From: Microcoleus sp.
GTDB lineage: Bacteria; Cyanobacteriota; Cyanobacteriia; Cyanobacteriales; Microcoleaceae
Direction: 5' to 3'
DNA length: 64,000 nucleotides
Assembly: GCA_042408215.1 (NCBI GenBank)
Contig: JAYFMW010000020.1
Coordinates: forward strand, 512,001 to 576,000
Numbering within the stretch: the first letter of the stretch is position 1; each line of letters starts with the position of its first letter. Position numbers and translations under genes: made by a program. Shown here piece by piece: positions 20,882 to 31,586 of the stretch. The notes beneath the pieces are model-generated. The model did not search any database. It saw only the letters and a list, made by a program, of their open reading frames with translations, and had not been told where the DNA came from.

Positions 20882-21639
20882 TTCGTTCTACCTGGACATT
20901 AACTGTATCCGAACCCGCTGTTTTTCCGCGCGCTTACCATTTAGAATTGGTGAAAGAGTTGCATCGGCGATTAGAATTAGAAGTAGGAACTGAGACTGTA
21001 CCTTCTGTAAGTTTTTCAGGAATTCAGGGTTTTTACCAAGTTTCCCAAGATTTTCTTTCGTTTACACCAGATGAGTTTTATACCTTGTCTTTGTCTGGCT
21101 TGCAGGAGAATGCTGCAAAAGCGATCGCCTCCCTAAATCTCTCACCATCTCTCGAATTTCTCGGTGCTAAATTTGATATAATTAATCGAGAAGATGAAAT
21201 CACCAGCTACGAACAACTTTACACGGAACTTGTAGCCAATGAACCAGAACCAGTCCGCCGCTTCGATCTTAAATTTACTACTCCGACTGCTTTCGCCCAA
21301 GGTTCCACGCACTTAGCTTTACCCGTTGTAAATCTCATGTTTCGCAGTTGGTTAGAACGGTGGAATCACTTTGCCCCTGTTTATTTGGGGAGTGATGAAT
21401 TAATCGCTTATTTGAATCAATCTGTTTTATTAAAATACCACAAGATTCAAACGCGATCGCACCAATTACCTAAAGGATATGTAAACGGGTTTGTTGGCCA
21501 AGTAACGCTGCAAATTCCTTACCGCACTGATTCCTTGCTGGCTAATGTAGCGAATTTACTGATTCAATACAGTCAGTATTCAGGTACGGGAATTAAAACC
21601 CGTCTTGGAATGGGTCAAACAATTGTCAAACTAGATTAA
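20875..21639 (+). CDS. cas6: CRISPR precrRNA endoribonuclease Cas6
   Basis: FTTPTAF and C-terminal G-loop GTGIKTRLGMGQ. Confidence 0.94.
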   Translation: MLIRSTWTLTVSEPAVFPRAYHLELVKELHRRLELEVGTETVPSVSFSGIQGFYQVSQDFLSFTPDEFYTLSLSGLQENAAKAIASLNLSPSLEFLGAKFDIINREDEITSYEQLYTELVANEPEPVRRFDLKFTTPTAFAQGSTHLALPVVNLMFRSWLERWNHFAPVYLGSDELIAYLNQSVLLKYHKIQTRSHQLPKGYVNGFVGQVTLQIPYRTDSLLANVANLLIQYSQYSGTGIKTRLGMGQTIVKLD

Positions 21640-21650
21640 GGAGATTACCA

Positions 21651-22904
21651 ATGAGTCAAATAAAAATCATTACATTTTTAGGTAAATATCCAAGAGAAAC
21701 TATTTACAGCCATAGCGATCGCACCTACAAGGGTCAACTATTTGCTGAAGCACTGCACCAGTTTTGTGAATATGACACTATGTTAGTGTGCGTCACAGAA
21801 GAAGCAAAAGCAACTACTTGGCCTCTATTAGAAGCACTAGGAGATGCGCGGATCAAGCCGATTGATATCCCAACTGGTAGAACTACGGAGGAAATGTGGG
21901 AAACTTTTAAAATCATCACTCAATATGTTGATGAAGACGATCGCGTAATTTTTGATATTACTCACGGACTGCGATCGCTCCCTTTTCTCGTCTTCTTATT
22001 CGCTGCTTACCTCAAAGCGGCCAAAAACGTAACAATTGCAGCTATTTACTATGGTGCTCCTGAGTTAAGCGACAGCAAAAATAACGTACCAGCGCCTGTC
22101 ATTGACCTATCTGAATTTGTGTCAATGATTGATTGGATTACAGCCACTAATCAATTTGTCAAAATAGGAGACGGACGAGAACTAGCTAAGTTACTTAAAA
22201 GTGCTATACCATCAAATTTTGAACTAAGCGAAATTCCATCTAGCAGACAAATTAGAGACAATCTTAAGAACTCGGTTGAAGCAATTGAGAATATCTCTCT
22301 AGCTTTAAGTGTAACTAGACCTATTGAGACGATGCAATCGGCTACTAAGTTAGAAGAAATTCTCCAAAAAGCTGCACAAAATTTTGCAGATCGAGCTAAA
22401 CCGTTTTCACTTTTATCAGACAAGGTTGTTCAAGAGTACGGACAATTTGCTCTCCAAAATCCTACAGATGAAGCAGCATTGAGCCAGAATTTGCGGCTAC
22501 AATTGCAGATGATTAAATGGTACATTGACCGAGATCAATTAGTACAAGCAATTACTTTGGCTCGTGAATGGTTAGTTTCTATCTTAGCGCTGCGATTTGG
22601 TGAACCCATGTTCGATCATTCAAGAGGTCGCAAGTATGTAGAAGCTGCTCTAAATAATGCAGTTGAACAGAATAGACCTCATCCTCGCCCTCCTCTTGAT
22701 AGCCGTTGCAATGCAAAGTTTGCAGCTTTGCCAGAAGCAGATGAACTTGCTAGTGTCTGGAGTCTAATGGCAGAGTTGCGTAATGATATTGCTCATTGTG
22801 GCATGAATAATCAACCTCAAACTGCTCGCAGGCTTAAGGAAAAAGTTTTATCACTATCTCTTAAATTAGAGACAATTAGCAAGGAACTATTGCCAGATAA
22901 ATAG
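21651..22904 (+). CDS. csx1: Csx1/TM1812-family CARF-HEPN ribonuclease
   Basis: FLG N-terminus, DITHGLRS (DxTHG) and HEPN RNDIAH. Confidence 0.9.
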   Translation: MSQIKIITFLGKYPRETIYSHSDRTYKGQLFAEALHQFCEYDTMLVCVTEEAKATTWPLLEALGDARIKPIDIPTGRTTEEMWETFKIITQYVDEDDRVIFDITHGLRSLPFLVFLFAAYLKAAKNVTIAAIYYGAPELSDSKNNVPAPVIDLSEFVSMIDWITATNQFVKIGDGRELAKLLKSAIPSNFELSEIPSSRQIRDNLKNSVEAIENISLALSVTRPIETMQSATKLEEILQKAAQNFADRAKPFSLLSDKVVQEYGQFALQNPTDEAALSQNLRLQLQMIKWYIDRDQLVQAITLAREWLVSILALRFGEPMFDHSRGRKYVEAALNNAVEQNRPHPRPPLDSRCNAKFAALPEADELASVWSLMAELRNDIAHCGMNNQPQTARRLKEKVLSLSLKLETISKELLPDK

Positions 22905-23018
22905 ACGGGATAATAAATTTTTGTCAAAGGCGATCGCTCTTTTTACTAAAACCGATAGCCCTTGACCCATGCTCAAATCATCTCAATACAATACACCACC
23001 TAAATTTCGGAGGTTATT

Positions 23019-23645
23019 ATGCCTTTCAGCACTTACAAAACAGTCGGTTCAGTCCTCAAAGAATTTAAAATCACCTACACCGAATCTGATTTTATAGTAG
23101 AAACAAAGTTTAATATCTCTGACTATTTTCGAGAAGATTTGGAATTTACAATGCGAGAAGGAGTGGTTGATAATTCTGAATTTGCAATTTGTGAAAATTT
23201 GATTTATCCAGTGATCGAAGAAGTTTGGAAGCGCTATTACAGGGGGTTTGTTTTGTGGAGCCATCAATCTCTCACCTATGACCAATATCTTTCTGGGTTT
23301 CCTGAATATATTTTGGCGAAACGTTCTGTATTAGGAAAAGTTGTTTTTGAACAACCTTACTTTCTGTTAGTTGAAGCGAAACAAGATAACTTTTAAAATG
23401 GATGGGCGCAGTGTTTGGCTGAAATGATTGCCGCACAGCGACTGAATGAAAACTCAGAGCAAGATGTATTTGGAATTGTATCGAATGGTGGAGTATGGCA
23501 GTTTGGCAAGCTGAAGTTAAATATTTTTACTAAAAACAAACAGTCTTACTTGATTGATGATCTGAATCGACTATTTGCTGCGATTAATTACGTGTTTCAA
23601 CAGTGCGAATTGCTGCTGGATGCTGAAATGCGCGATCGCAATTAA
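23019..23645 (+). pseudogene. PD-(D/E)XK-like cyanobacterial protein broken by an in-frame stop
   Basis: VEAKQDNF-TAA(23394-23396)-NGWAQCLAEM..AQRLN...GIVSNG..WQFGKL continues in the same frame. Confidence 0.85.
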
Positions 23646-23734
23646 ACAGTCCGCGCAGGCGGACTTTCTTGGTGTAGCGACAGGTTGAAACCTGTCGAAA
23701 CTGTTTGTCCGCCTACTTAATGACTAACTATCAA

Positions 23735-25348
23735 TCACTCCCACTCGATCGTTCCCGGCGGCTTAGAAGTAATATCGTAAACCACCCGGTTCACCCCTTT
23801 AACCTCATTCACAATCCGGTTCGAGATCAGTTCCAACAAATCGTAAGGAACCCGCGCCCAGTCAGCCGTCATCCCATCCTCACTCTTAATAAACCGCAAG
23901 ACGATCGGGTAAGCGTAGGTGCGCTGATCGCCCATCACACCTACACTGCGAATCGGTAGCAACACAGCAAAAGCTTGCCAAAGTTCGTTATACAATCCAT
24001 GCCGATTAATTTCTTGGCGAACCACAAAATCAGCATCCCGCAAAATATTTAATCTCTCTGCGGTAACTTCTCCTATAATCCGAATCGCCAATCCCGGCCC
24101 TGGGAAAGGTTGTCGGTTCACGATTTCTTCCGGTAGCCCGATCGACCGGCCGACTTTTCGCACTTCATCCTTAAACAGTTTTCGCAGCGGTTCAATCAGC
24201 TTAAATCGCAAATCTTTCGGCAAACCGCCGACGTTGTGGTGGCTTTTAATTTTAACAGCAACTCGATCGCCACTTTTCGGGTCTGCATTAGTGTCAGCCG
24301 ACTCAATCACATCAGGATAAAGAGTCCCTTGGGCGAGGTAGTCGAAGGGGCCGAGACGCTTCGATTCTTCTTCAAATACGTTGATAAATTCGTGACCAAT
24401 CCGCTTGCGTTTTACTTCTGGATCGGTAATCCCTTCAATTTGAGCTAAAAAGCGTTCGCGAGCATTAACATATTCAACGTCAATGTGGAATTCCTCTTTA
24501 AATAACTTCACCAACCGTTCCGGTTCGTGCTTACGCATAAACCCTTGGTCGATAAACATACAGGTAAGTTTGTCGCCGATCGCCTGGTGCAGCAAAAAAG
24601 CCAAAGTTGAAGAATCTACGCCACCGGATAGAGCCAGCAAAACTCGTTTTTCTCCGACTTGCGCTCGAATTTCGCGAATAGATTCCTCCACAAAAGTAGC
24701 TGTAGTCCAATTCGGTTCGCACTCGCAAATATGGTAAACAAAATTGCGAATTAAAGCTATTCCCCCCATCGAGTGAACTACTTCTGGATGGAACTGAACC
24801 CCGTAAAGCTTTTTCTCGTGGTCAGCAATTGCCGCACAGGGAGTATTTTCAGTATGACCGAGGATTTCAAAACCTAGTGGCAACTGGGTACAGGAATCGC
24901 CGTGGCTCATCCACATCGTGCTGCCCTCTTCGACATTTGTCAGCAAATCCGTAGGGTCATCAATAGATAGTGATGCCTTGCCGTATTCCGCTAATTTAGC
25001 TCGCTCAACAGTGCCTCCGAGCTGCTTTACCATCAACTGCATCCCGTAACACACTCCCAACACAGGTATTCCCAAATTCCAAATTTCTGGGTCGCATTGG
25101 GGAGCTTTTTCATCGTATACAGAACTCGGCCCACCTGAAAGAATAATTCCTTGAGGATTGATTGCTGCTAACTGTTCAGCAGTAGTGCGGTAGGAAATAA
25201 CTTCTGAATATACTTGAGTTTCGCGAATGCGGCGAGCAATCAATTCGGAATACTGGGAACCGAAGTCGAGAATCACGATCATCTGGCGATCGCTCTGCCC
25301 CTGTTCCGAGTTTGTTAGACCTGATTTATTTTCTATTTGAGTAGTCAC
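23735..25348 (-). CDS. guaA: GMP synthase (glutamine-hydrolysing)
   Basis: [46 protein letters not shown]. Confidence 0.98.
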   Translation of the reverse strand: MTTQIENKSGLTNSEQGQSDRQMIVILDFGSQYSELIARRIRETQVYSEVISYRTTAEQLAAINPQGIILSGGPSSVYDEKAPQCDPEIWNLGIPVLGVCYGMQLMVKQLGGTVERAKLAEYGKASLSIDDPTDLLTNVEEGSTMWMSHGDSCTQLPLGFEILGHTENTPCAAIADHEKKLYGVQFHPEVVHSMGGIALIRNFVYHICECEPNWTTATFVEESIREIRAQVGEKRVLLALSGGVDSSTLAFLLHQAIGDKLTCMFIDQGFMRKHEPERLVKLFKEEFHIDVEYVNARERFLAQIEGITDPEVKRKRIGHEFINVFEEESKRLGPFDYLAQGTLYPDVIESADTNADPKSGDRVAVKIKSHHNVGGLPKDLRFKLIEPLRKLFKDEVRKVGRSIGLPEEIVNRQPFPGPGLAIRIIGEVTAERLNILRDADFVVRQEINRHGLYNELWQAFAVLLPIRSVGVMGDQRTYAYPIVLRFIKSEDGMTADWARVPYDLLELISNRIVNEVKGVNRVVYDITSKPPGTIEWE

Positions 25349-25814
25349 GGTTAGTGCTTAATTGGTAGTTGCGTGCTTGGTAATTCTTGCGGTCAAATGC
25401 AAGACTTTATGAGCGAGGGATTAGTGATTAGATTTTGGTTTTTTTGGGGATTTACCCAGCTCAAACTGTGGGTTTGGGGATTTGAGATTTGAGATTTTAG
25501 ACTTATTCCACTGATGAATCCAGGGACTTATGCCGAATAATCTTGGCATCGACCATCCCAAATCCCAAATCCCAAACCAGTGATTAGTTCCTAGCAATAA
25601 ACCTTACTAATATCAAGTTGCCATTTATGACGTTACCCGCTCTTCTAGCGTCGAGGGCAAGCGCGGATTCACTTCTACCCTTACTCTAATTAATTCAGCT
25701 ATTTCGTCAAAAAGCAACTTAGTATAATTAAGGTTGAAAAACTAAGAGTTACTACTGATTATCTATTAACCATGATACTTCCTTTAAAGAGAATTCAGGG
25801 ATATCCACACTACA

Positions 25815-26960
25815 TTAACAAATTTGGGTGAGAAATGTATCACCCATTTCACTTTTAACAATAATTTTGCGATCGCGCCCGAACATCACCGAGCCGACGG
25901 GGACGCGCAGCCCGGTGTGAGCGAAAATACAATCGGACGATCGCAAATCTATCTGTTGGGCGATGTCGCCGTAAACTCGATCGACCCAATTGCTGCCAGT
26001 GGAGCCGTCTAAAGCCCGCAGTTGCTGGAGAGCGTCTTCGGCCGTCGCTGCGGCAAAAATCGAGGAACACACATCAGCGGGCATTTGGGCTCGCGCACAG
26101 TAAGCTGTCAAAATTTCCCGACGCCCGTCAGCGAGGTGGTGATGAGTGTGAAAAATCCCCGCAGCCAATTTCATCAGTTTGCCATGATAGCCAAACAGCA
26201 AAATTGACTGCACGCCTTGATATCCAGCCTCTACGAGCAGCGGGCCGAGCCAGTTAGCTGTTTTGACCAGCCGATCGGGATTAATCCCCAGTTGTCGGGC
26301 CAAATCCAAGCCGTTTTCGCCGATGCAGAAAACCAAACAGTCAAACAGTTCAGCTTTTTGTTGCAGTTGTTCGCGGTAAGCTTCCAACTGTCCCGGGGCG
26401 CTCAGAGGTTGAGAAATGCCTGTTGTCCCCAGCAGCGACAGTCCTTCTACGACACCGAAAGCTTCGTTAGAAGTACGGGCGGCCAGTTGGCGACCTGATG
26501 GGAGAATCAGGGTGACAGTAATTTTTTCTCCCTTTTCGAGTTCTCGGCTCAGATTCACACGCAACAGCCGAGTCGCGTAATCATAGATAGCCGCTCCTCC
26601 ACCTTCGGAGTGATGTCCAATTCCCTCGCCCCCAACAATCAGTAACTTGTTGTTGTTTTTCCCCAAAGTTTCTCCCTCTCCCACTCTCGACAATTCCACC
26701 ATTGCCCAAACTGGGGTATTGCGAGTCAGATCTAGGTTATCCCCCGGATCGGAGCGAGTCACAGCTAAGGCTGTGTCAGTTTTTAGTACAGATACTTGCT
26801 CGATCGGAATTTCTGCGGTGATTGCTGGTTCAAGTAAATCTACTGAGACGCTATCTACGGACTGCATACCTCTACGCAAGCACCGCAGGGCTCCTAGTGC
26901 AGCAGCACAGGCAAATACTGGCAGTGTATACCCGGATCGAGGTTGATTTTTTGTGTTCAT
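25815..26960 (-). CDS. cbiD: cobalt-precorrin-5B C1-methyltransferase
   Basis: RSGYT, SDPGDNLDLT, RTSN.AFGVVEGLSLLGTTG, GYHGKLMKLAAGIFHTH. Confidence 0.96.
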   Translation of the reverse strand: MNTKNQPRSGYTLPVFACAAALGALRCLRRGMQSVDSVSVDLLEPAITAEIPIEQVSVLKTDTALAVTRSDPGDNLDLTRNTPVWAMVELSRVGEGETLGKNNNKLLIVGGEGIGHHSEGGGAAIYDYATRLLRVNLSRELEKGEKITVTLILPSGRQLAARTSNEAFGVVEGLSLLGTTGISQPLSAPGQLEAYREQLQQKAELFDCLVFCIGENGLDLARQLGINPDRLVKTANWLGPLLVEAGYQGVQSILLFGYHGKLMKLAAGIFHTHHHLADGRREILTAYCARAQMPADVCSSIFAAATAEDALQQLRALDGSTGSNWVDRVYGDIAQQIDLRSSDCIFAHTGLRVPVGSVMFGRDRKIIVKSEMGDTFLTQIC

Positions 26961-27702
26961 AGAATGCAGACGTCCGTAAATTTGCTGGCGATCGACATCA
27001 CGCCGTAGCAGTGACAGTTCTCAGTATGTTATCAAAGAGTTTAAGCCCAATTCTAGGGTTTGATATTATTAGCAGTTAGTGTGCTTTTTGTCAACTGATA
27101 ATTCTGTCCTCACAGTTGCGATCGCGCGAAATTTGTTTTGGCCCTTGGGGCGACTTGTTTGAGGGCGAATTAGAGCAATTTTTGTATAAATGCTGCGATC
27201 GCTTCTTTGTTAAGCCAGACAAGCTACTTTTTTTATAATCAATAAACTTAGATATTCCAAACGGTCGATGCTAAGGGCGATCGCTTCACTTATACTAATC
27301 AAAATTACCCGGACGCGCCAGTCCTACTTTCAAGCTAACCCCTTGAAGGTGGGACTGGTTTTATCTGGCAATACTGGGGATTGTTTGTGCTCTCCGCTGG
27401 TTTGCGGTTGATTGCGATTCTGCCTTTAGTTTTGGTGCGAGAACCTCGTAGTCTATCATTGCGCGAGTTTTTGTCAGCCTTTCTACTGTTCCAATTTAAC
27501 CGGGGCTAGGAAATCTTTGCACAAATTTGCCGATCGAGAAACCAGAAAAAGCCACAGATTGTTAAAAAATTCAAGAACAAAGATTTTATCCAAACTTAAT
27601 TCAAAGTGAAGACTGCATCAAGATAATGACAATAAATACCTCAACAGCCTTGGCAGTCCCTATAAATGTAGCCAGTTTCACCTAGTTTTCCTAAGTTTAT
27701 CT

Positions 27703-28224
27703 TTAATCATTTGCTATTTCATCCTCACCTTGACTTTTCACCTCTGAAGGAAACGATAACTTAATATTAATATCTATAGAAATTGTTGCATTATTATTTT
27801 CATTAAAAAAATGTATATCAGTTATATGTATCTTAGCGTCTTTTGGTAAAGACCTACCGACAGTAGAATCACCAGATAAATCTACTTTATAACCAGCTTT
27901 ATCCAACCATTGATGAACATTGCGCCAATTACCAACATCATCACTAGGAGTTTCAGGAATACCCTTAAAATATTGATAGAGAGTTTTGCACATATAAACC
28001 TCAGCCCCCCTAGCACTTTTCGACAATTGACGCGCAATATCACTAGGGCTGCAATTGCACAAAAGACCACGCAAATATAATTTTTCTGTATCAGTGAGAC
28101 CTTGGCGGGCGTTGGGGAAAATACGACGTTTAGCTTCGGTAAATAGTTCATAGATGCGATTCAAGTCCCAAGTTTGGGCAGCTTCGGCAAATAGATCCTT
28201 TCTAGTAGGTTTTCGTGTAACCAT
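27703..28224 (-). CDS. HTH protein, putative transcription regulator
   Basis: LTDTEKLYLRGLLCNCSPSDIARQL...LYQY resembles the HTH at the N-termini of cyanobacterial NB-ARC/NACHT proteins. Divergent from adk. Confidence 0.7.
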   Translation of the reverse strand: MVTRKPTRKDLFAEAAQTWDLNRIYELFTEAKRRIFPNARQGLTDTEKLYLRGLLCNCSPSDIARQLSKSARGAEVYMCKTLYQYFKGIPETPSDDVGNWRNVHQWLDKAGYKVDLSGDSTVGRSLPKDAKIHITDIHFFNENNNATISIDINIKLSFPSEVKSQGEDEIAND

Positions 28225-28481
28225 TTTTAGTATTGGTATAAATTGCTAACGTAATGGTAGCATAAATTGATAACGTTCAATAGTTGCGGATTATTTTTTT
28301 TTGTTTTAAGGTAGATATCACATGGGTCTTTCATGCTTCTGGTCATATTTTTTTGTGACAGTTTCTAGTCCTTTGGGAAAAGGCTAATGTAATGATAGCG
28401 TAATTTGGTAGTCTTTGTTAGCTTTAAGTTCGTTATCAACAAAACAATCCTAGCTTATCCAACAGTTGAATCATAAAAAGT

Positions 28482-29069
28482 ATGCGAATTATATTTTTAG
28501 GCCCGAATGGCGCAGGCAAAGGCACTCAAGCTGCTATTGTGGCTCAGGACTTCGGGATTCATCACATCTCAACGGGCGAACTACTGCGCCAGGAGCGAAA
28601 AGACAAAACTGACAGAGGCCAAAAAGCACAATCTTATATAGATAAAGGGTCATTAGTCCCTGATAGCATTGTGCTAGATATTGTAAAAGAACAATTGACT
28701 AAAAAAGAAGCAACACCAGGTTGGATATTAGACGGATTTCCTCGGAACGTCGCTCAAGTTGGAGCTTTAGACAAATTATTAAAGGATTTAGGTCAGCCAA
28801 GTTGTGATTGTGTTATCAATTTTGATGTACCAGACTCAGTTTTAGTTCAGCGACTGAGAAAGAGGGCCATCAAGGAAAATCGTACAGATGATACTCCAGA
28901 AGTTATTCGGCGGCGCATCCAAATTTTTCAGGAAGAAACTGCACCTTTAATCAACTTATATAGTGAGTGGTTGTTGCTAGAAACCATCAACGGGTTTATG
29001 TCTAAAGAGGCAGTTACATCAGCAATTAAAGAAGTTTTATCAGAAATAAAAAATCCCACTAAGTCCTAA
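28482..29069 (+). CDS. adk: adenylate kinase paralogue (short LID)
   Basis: GPNGAGKGTQA, HISTGELLR, GSLVPD, GWILDGFPRN, RTDD. Not in the secY-adk-infA context. Confidence 0.93.
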   Translation: MRIIFLGPNGAGKGTQAAIVAQDFGIHHISTGELLRQERKDKTDRGQKAQSYIDKGSLVPDSIVLDIVKEQLTKKEATPGWILDGFPRNVAQVGALDKLLKDLGQPSCDCVINFDVPDSVLVQRLRKRAIKENRTDDTPEVIRRRIQIFQEETAPLINLYSEWLLLETINGFMSKEAVTSAIKEVLSEIKNPTKS

Positions 29070-29190
29070 TTTAGTCCTGGACGCATACCTAACGTAATTC
29101 TGTCATTGTTCGCTGTGCGTCGCAATCTCAAACCCATGTTTTTCGTACTGCGTAAGTCCTTTAATTGATAAATCAAGGAGTAGACAAGTT

Positions 29191-30618
29191 ATGCCTTTTA
29201 ATCAAGGTGATAGAAATATCATTCGCGGTGGCCCAGGAAGTAGCAGTGAGCTTAATTATGATATTTACGCTGAATTACTTTGTAATATGGCGATCGAGGC
29301 TACACAACCACTTCTGAGACAAAATAAAGATCATAAAGAAGGCGCTTTTACCATTGGTATTTTTGGTTCTTGGGGGAGCGGCAAAACCAGCCTCATGGCA
29401 CGAATGAGAAGTGACTTTGAAGAATTAGGAACTCGTTCTGCAAAAAAATATAAAACGGTTTGGTTTAATGCTTGGAAAGATGACGATAAACTGGACATTA
29501 AAAATGCTCTTATTCAGACTATTCTTAGTCAAATATGTGAAGACACAAGTATTAATGCAGAAGAGCGAAAAAATATTACAAAAGCGGCTTTAACCTATTC
29601 AGCTTGTGCTTTGAAATTAGCTGGTGTTTTAGCAAAAGGATATGTTAATGCTCAAACAGCAGGGATGATTGATATACAAGCCATAGCTAAACAATTTGAA
29701 ATGTTGTCTAATCCCGATCAAAACTCTCATCTCATTAATCCTTATCAATTTATCAACAACTTTGAAAATGTCTTTAAAAATGCAGTGCAAAGTTATGTGG
29801 GTAACGATGGTCGATTGATGATATTTATTGATGATTTGGATCGTTGCTTACCAGAAAATGCTTTATCTGTCCTAGAATGCTTGAAATTACATTTAGATCA
29901 GTCTAACTGTATTTTTGTCATTGGAATTGATAAAAGAATTATTGAGCAAGCGGTGGGACAAAGATACCCGAAAGAGCTTGGTATTACTGGTAGGGAATAT
30001 ATAGAAAAAATCATTAACCTGAACTTTTTTCTATCTGATAAAGATCGAGAAGAAGTTAAAAATAGACTGCTTCAAGGTTCTTTAACAGCCCAGTATAGTA
30101 ATGATGAAAAAATATGGGGGATGATTTCTAAAGCGACTAATTCAAATATCCGTAAAATGCAGCAATTTATTACGGCTTTTTATATGATTCAAGAAATTGT
30201 TAAAAAACACAACTCTACGCTTGCTGATAAGCTCACACAACGACAACTAACAAGCGATAGTCGAAGCATAATTGAAAAGAAGAAAATAGACTGGAATACT
30301 GATGACAAGTATAAATTTTGCAAAATAATTTTACTCCAGTTAAATTTTCCTGAGTTTTACGATCGTTTAGCTAACAATCATCAACTTATGGATCAAATAT
30401 ACACTGCTTGGCAAAATGAAGGTGGAACAGATGATAGCATAGATATTGGCATAGATAATTTAATCAAGTCTACGAACAAACATCCAATATTTGCACAATT
30501 CTTAGAAAATCGAAATTTAATAGACTTTATAGTTACTTACTACAAGGATGGTAAAATCACAAATAGTGATGACTGGAAAGCGATTCAAAAATTATCTCAA
30601 TCAGTAACTTATATGTAA
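29191..30618 (+). CDS. KAP family P-loop NTPase
   Basis: IGIFGSWGSGKTS, VWFNAW, IFIDDLDRCLPE, GREYIEKII. RBS AAGGAG. Confidence 0.92.
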   Translation: MPFNQGDRNIIRGGPGSSSELNYDIYAELLCNMAIEATQPLLRQNKDHKEGAFTIGIFGSWGSGKTSLMARMRSDFEELGTRSAKKYKTVWFNAWKDDDKLDIKNALIQTILSQICEDTSINAEERKNITKAALTYSACALKLAGVLAKGYVNAQTAGMIDIQAIAKQFEMLSNPDQNSHLINPYQFINNFENVFKNAVQSYVGNDGRLMIFIDDLDRCLPENALSVLECLKLHLDQSNCIFVIGIDKRIIEQAVGQRYPKELGITGREYIEKIINLNFFLSDKDREEVKNRLLQGSLTAQYSNDEKIWGMISKATNSNIRKMQQFITAFYMIQEIVKKHNSTLADKLTQRQLTSDSRSIIEKKKIDWNTDDKYKFCKIILLQLNFPEFYDRLANNHQLMDQIYTAWQNEGGTDDSIDIGIDNLIKSTNKHPIFAQFLENRNLIDFIVTYYKDGKITNSDDWKAIQKLSQSVTYM

Positions 30619-30631
30619 TCGTTGAAAAATC

Positions 30632-31564
30632 ATGGAAAATAGCGATGCAGTTAGTATAGAAGACACAAAAGTTATAACCAATGACTTTTGTATCTTGAAA
30701 GATACAGATACAGTAGCAGAAGCATTAGCTTTAGTTACTGTGCAAAATGCGAGTGAAATTGTTATTGTAGATGAGGATAAAAAATTTGCGGGTATCCTAA
30801 CTGACTTATCAATTTTACGATCGCTACCACCGCCAGTTTTAGATGTACCTGTTAAGTTTAGAATTAAAAGCCCTAAACTTCGCAAACAATTAAATGAGGA
30901 ATTAATTAATAGTTTAAAAAAGCCGATAATCGAGGTATTTAAACTAGAAAGAATCAAGCCTTATACTTCTAAAAATCAGAGGCTAATTTATGCGATGGAT
31001 AAATTAGTGGAATCCTATAAATCAACTTCAGCGATCGGAGTTTTACCTGTTATCAATGAGGACGAAACAGTTTATGGCGTAGCTTCTCCCGAAAGCATCT
31101 TAAGTCACATTAAATCTAATCAAAAATTTTGTCAATTGAAAGCCGAACGTTTTTTAGCGTTACCGGAAGTGAGTGGTATGGAACAACCATATACTCTACT
31201 ACCATCAGATACCCTAGCTCAAGCCAGATTTGCGATGAAATATTTGCCGATAGAGCATATAACTATCTGCGATCGAGATGGCAATTTGCTAGGAATGGTT
31301 GATAAAAAGCAGGTGACAACACTGACTCATCCCATGTATTTTAGTTTGATGGGTATATCTTTATCGGAAATAATGAAACCTGTAACTAAATTATGTTTGG
31401 TTGAGAAAATTCAAACATTGCAAGAGTGTATTAATGCTTACTTAAATAGGGGATTTAAGGAAGTAGTTATTGTTGAACAATTGCTAGGAAAAATTTACCC
31501 GAAAATGGTAGTAACGCCGATTGATATTTTACAATTCCGCGTACAAGTTTACCGTCAAAATTAA
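30632..31564 (+). CDS. four-CBS-domain protein
   Basis: Four CBS motifs: DTVAEAL..IVIVDEDKKFAGILT; LPVINEDETVYGV; SDTLAQA..ITICDRDGNLLGMV; VVIV..VVTPIDIL. Confidence 0.85.
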   Translation: MENSDAVSIEDTKVITNDFCILKDTDTVAEALALVTVQNASEIVIVDEDKKFAGILTDLSILRSLPPPVLDVPVKFRIKSPKLRKQLNEELINSLKKPIIEVFKLERIKPYTSKNQRLIYAMDKLVESYKSTSAIGVLPVINEDETVYGVASPESILSHIKSNQKFCQLKAERFLALPEVSGMEQPYTLLPSDTLAQARFAMKYLPIEHITICDRDGNLLGMVDKKQVTTLTHPMYFSLMGISLSEIMKPVTKLCLVEKIQTLQECINAYLNRGFKEVVIVEQLLGKIYPKMVVTPIDILQFRVQVYRQN

Positions 31565-31586
31565 ACAACAATGGAGGATTTTAATT

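Noticed and set aside
26961..27702. Cobalamin riboswitch upstream of cbiD
   Set aside because: No B12-box or GGGAA...GGTG core was recognised on the minus strand.
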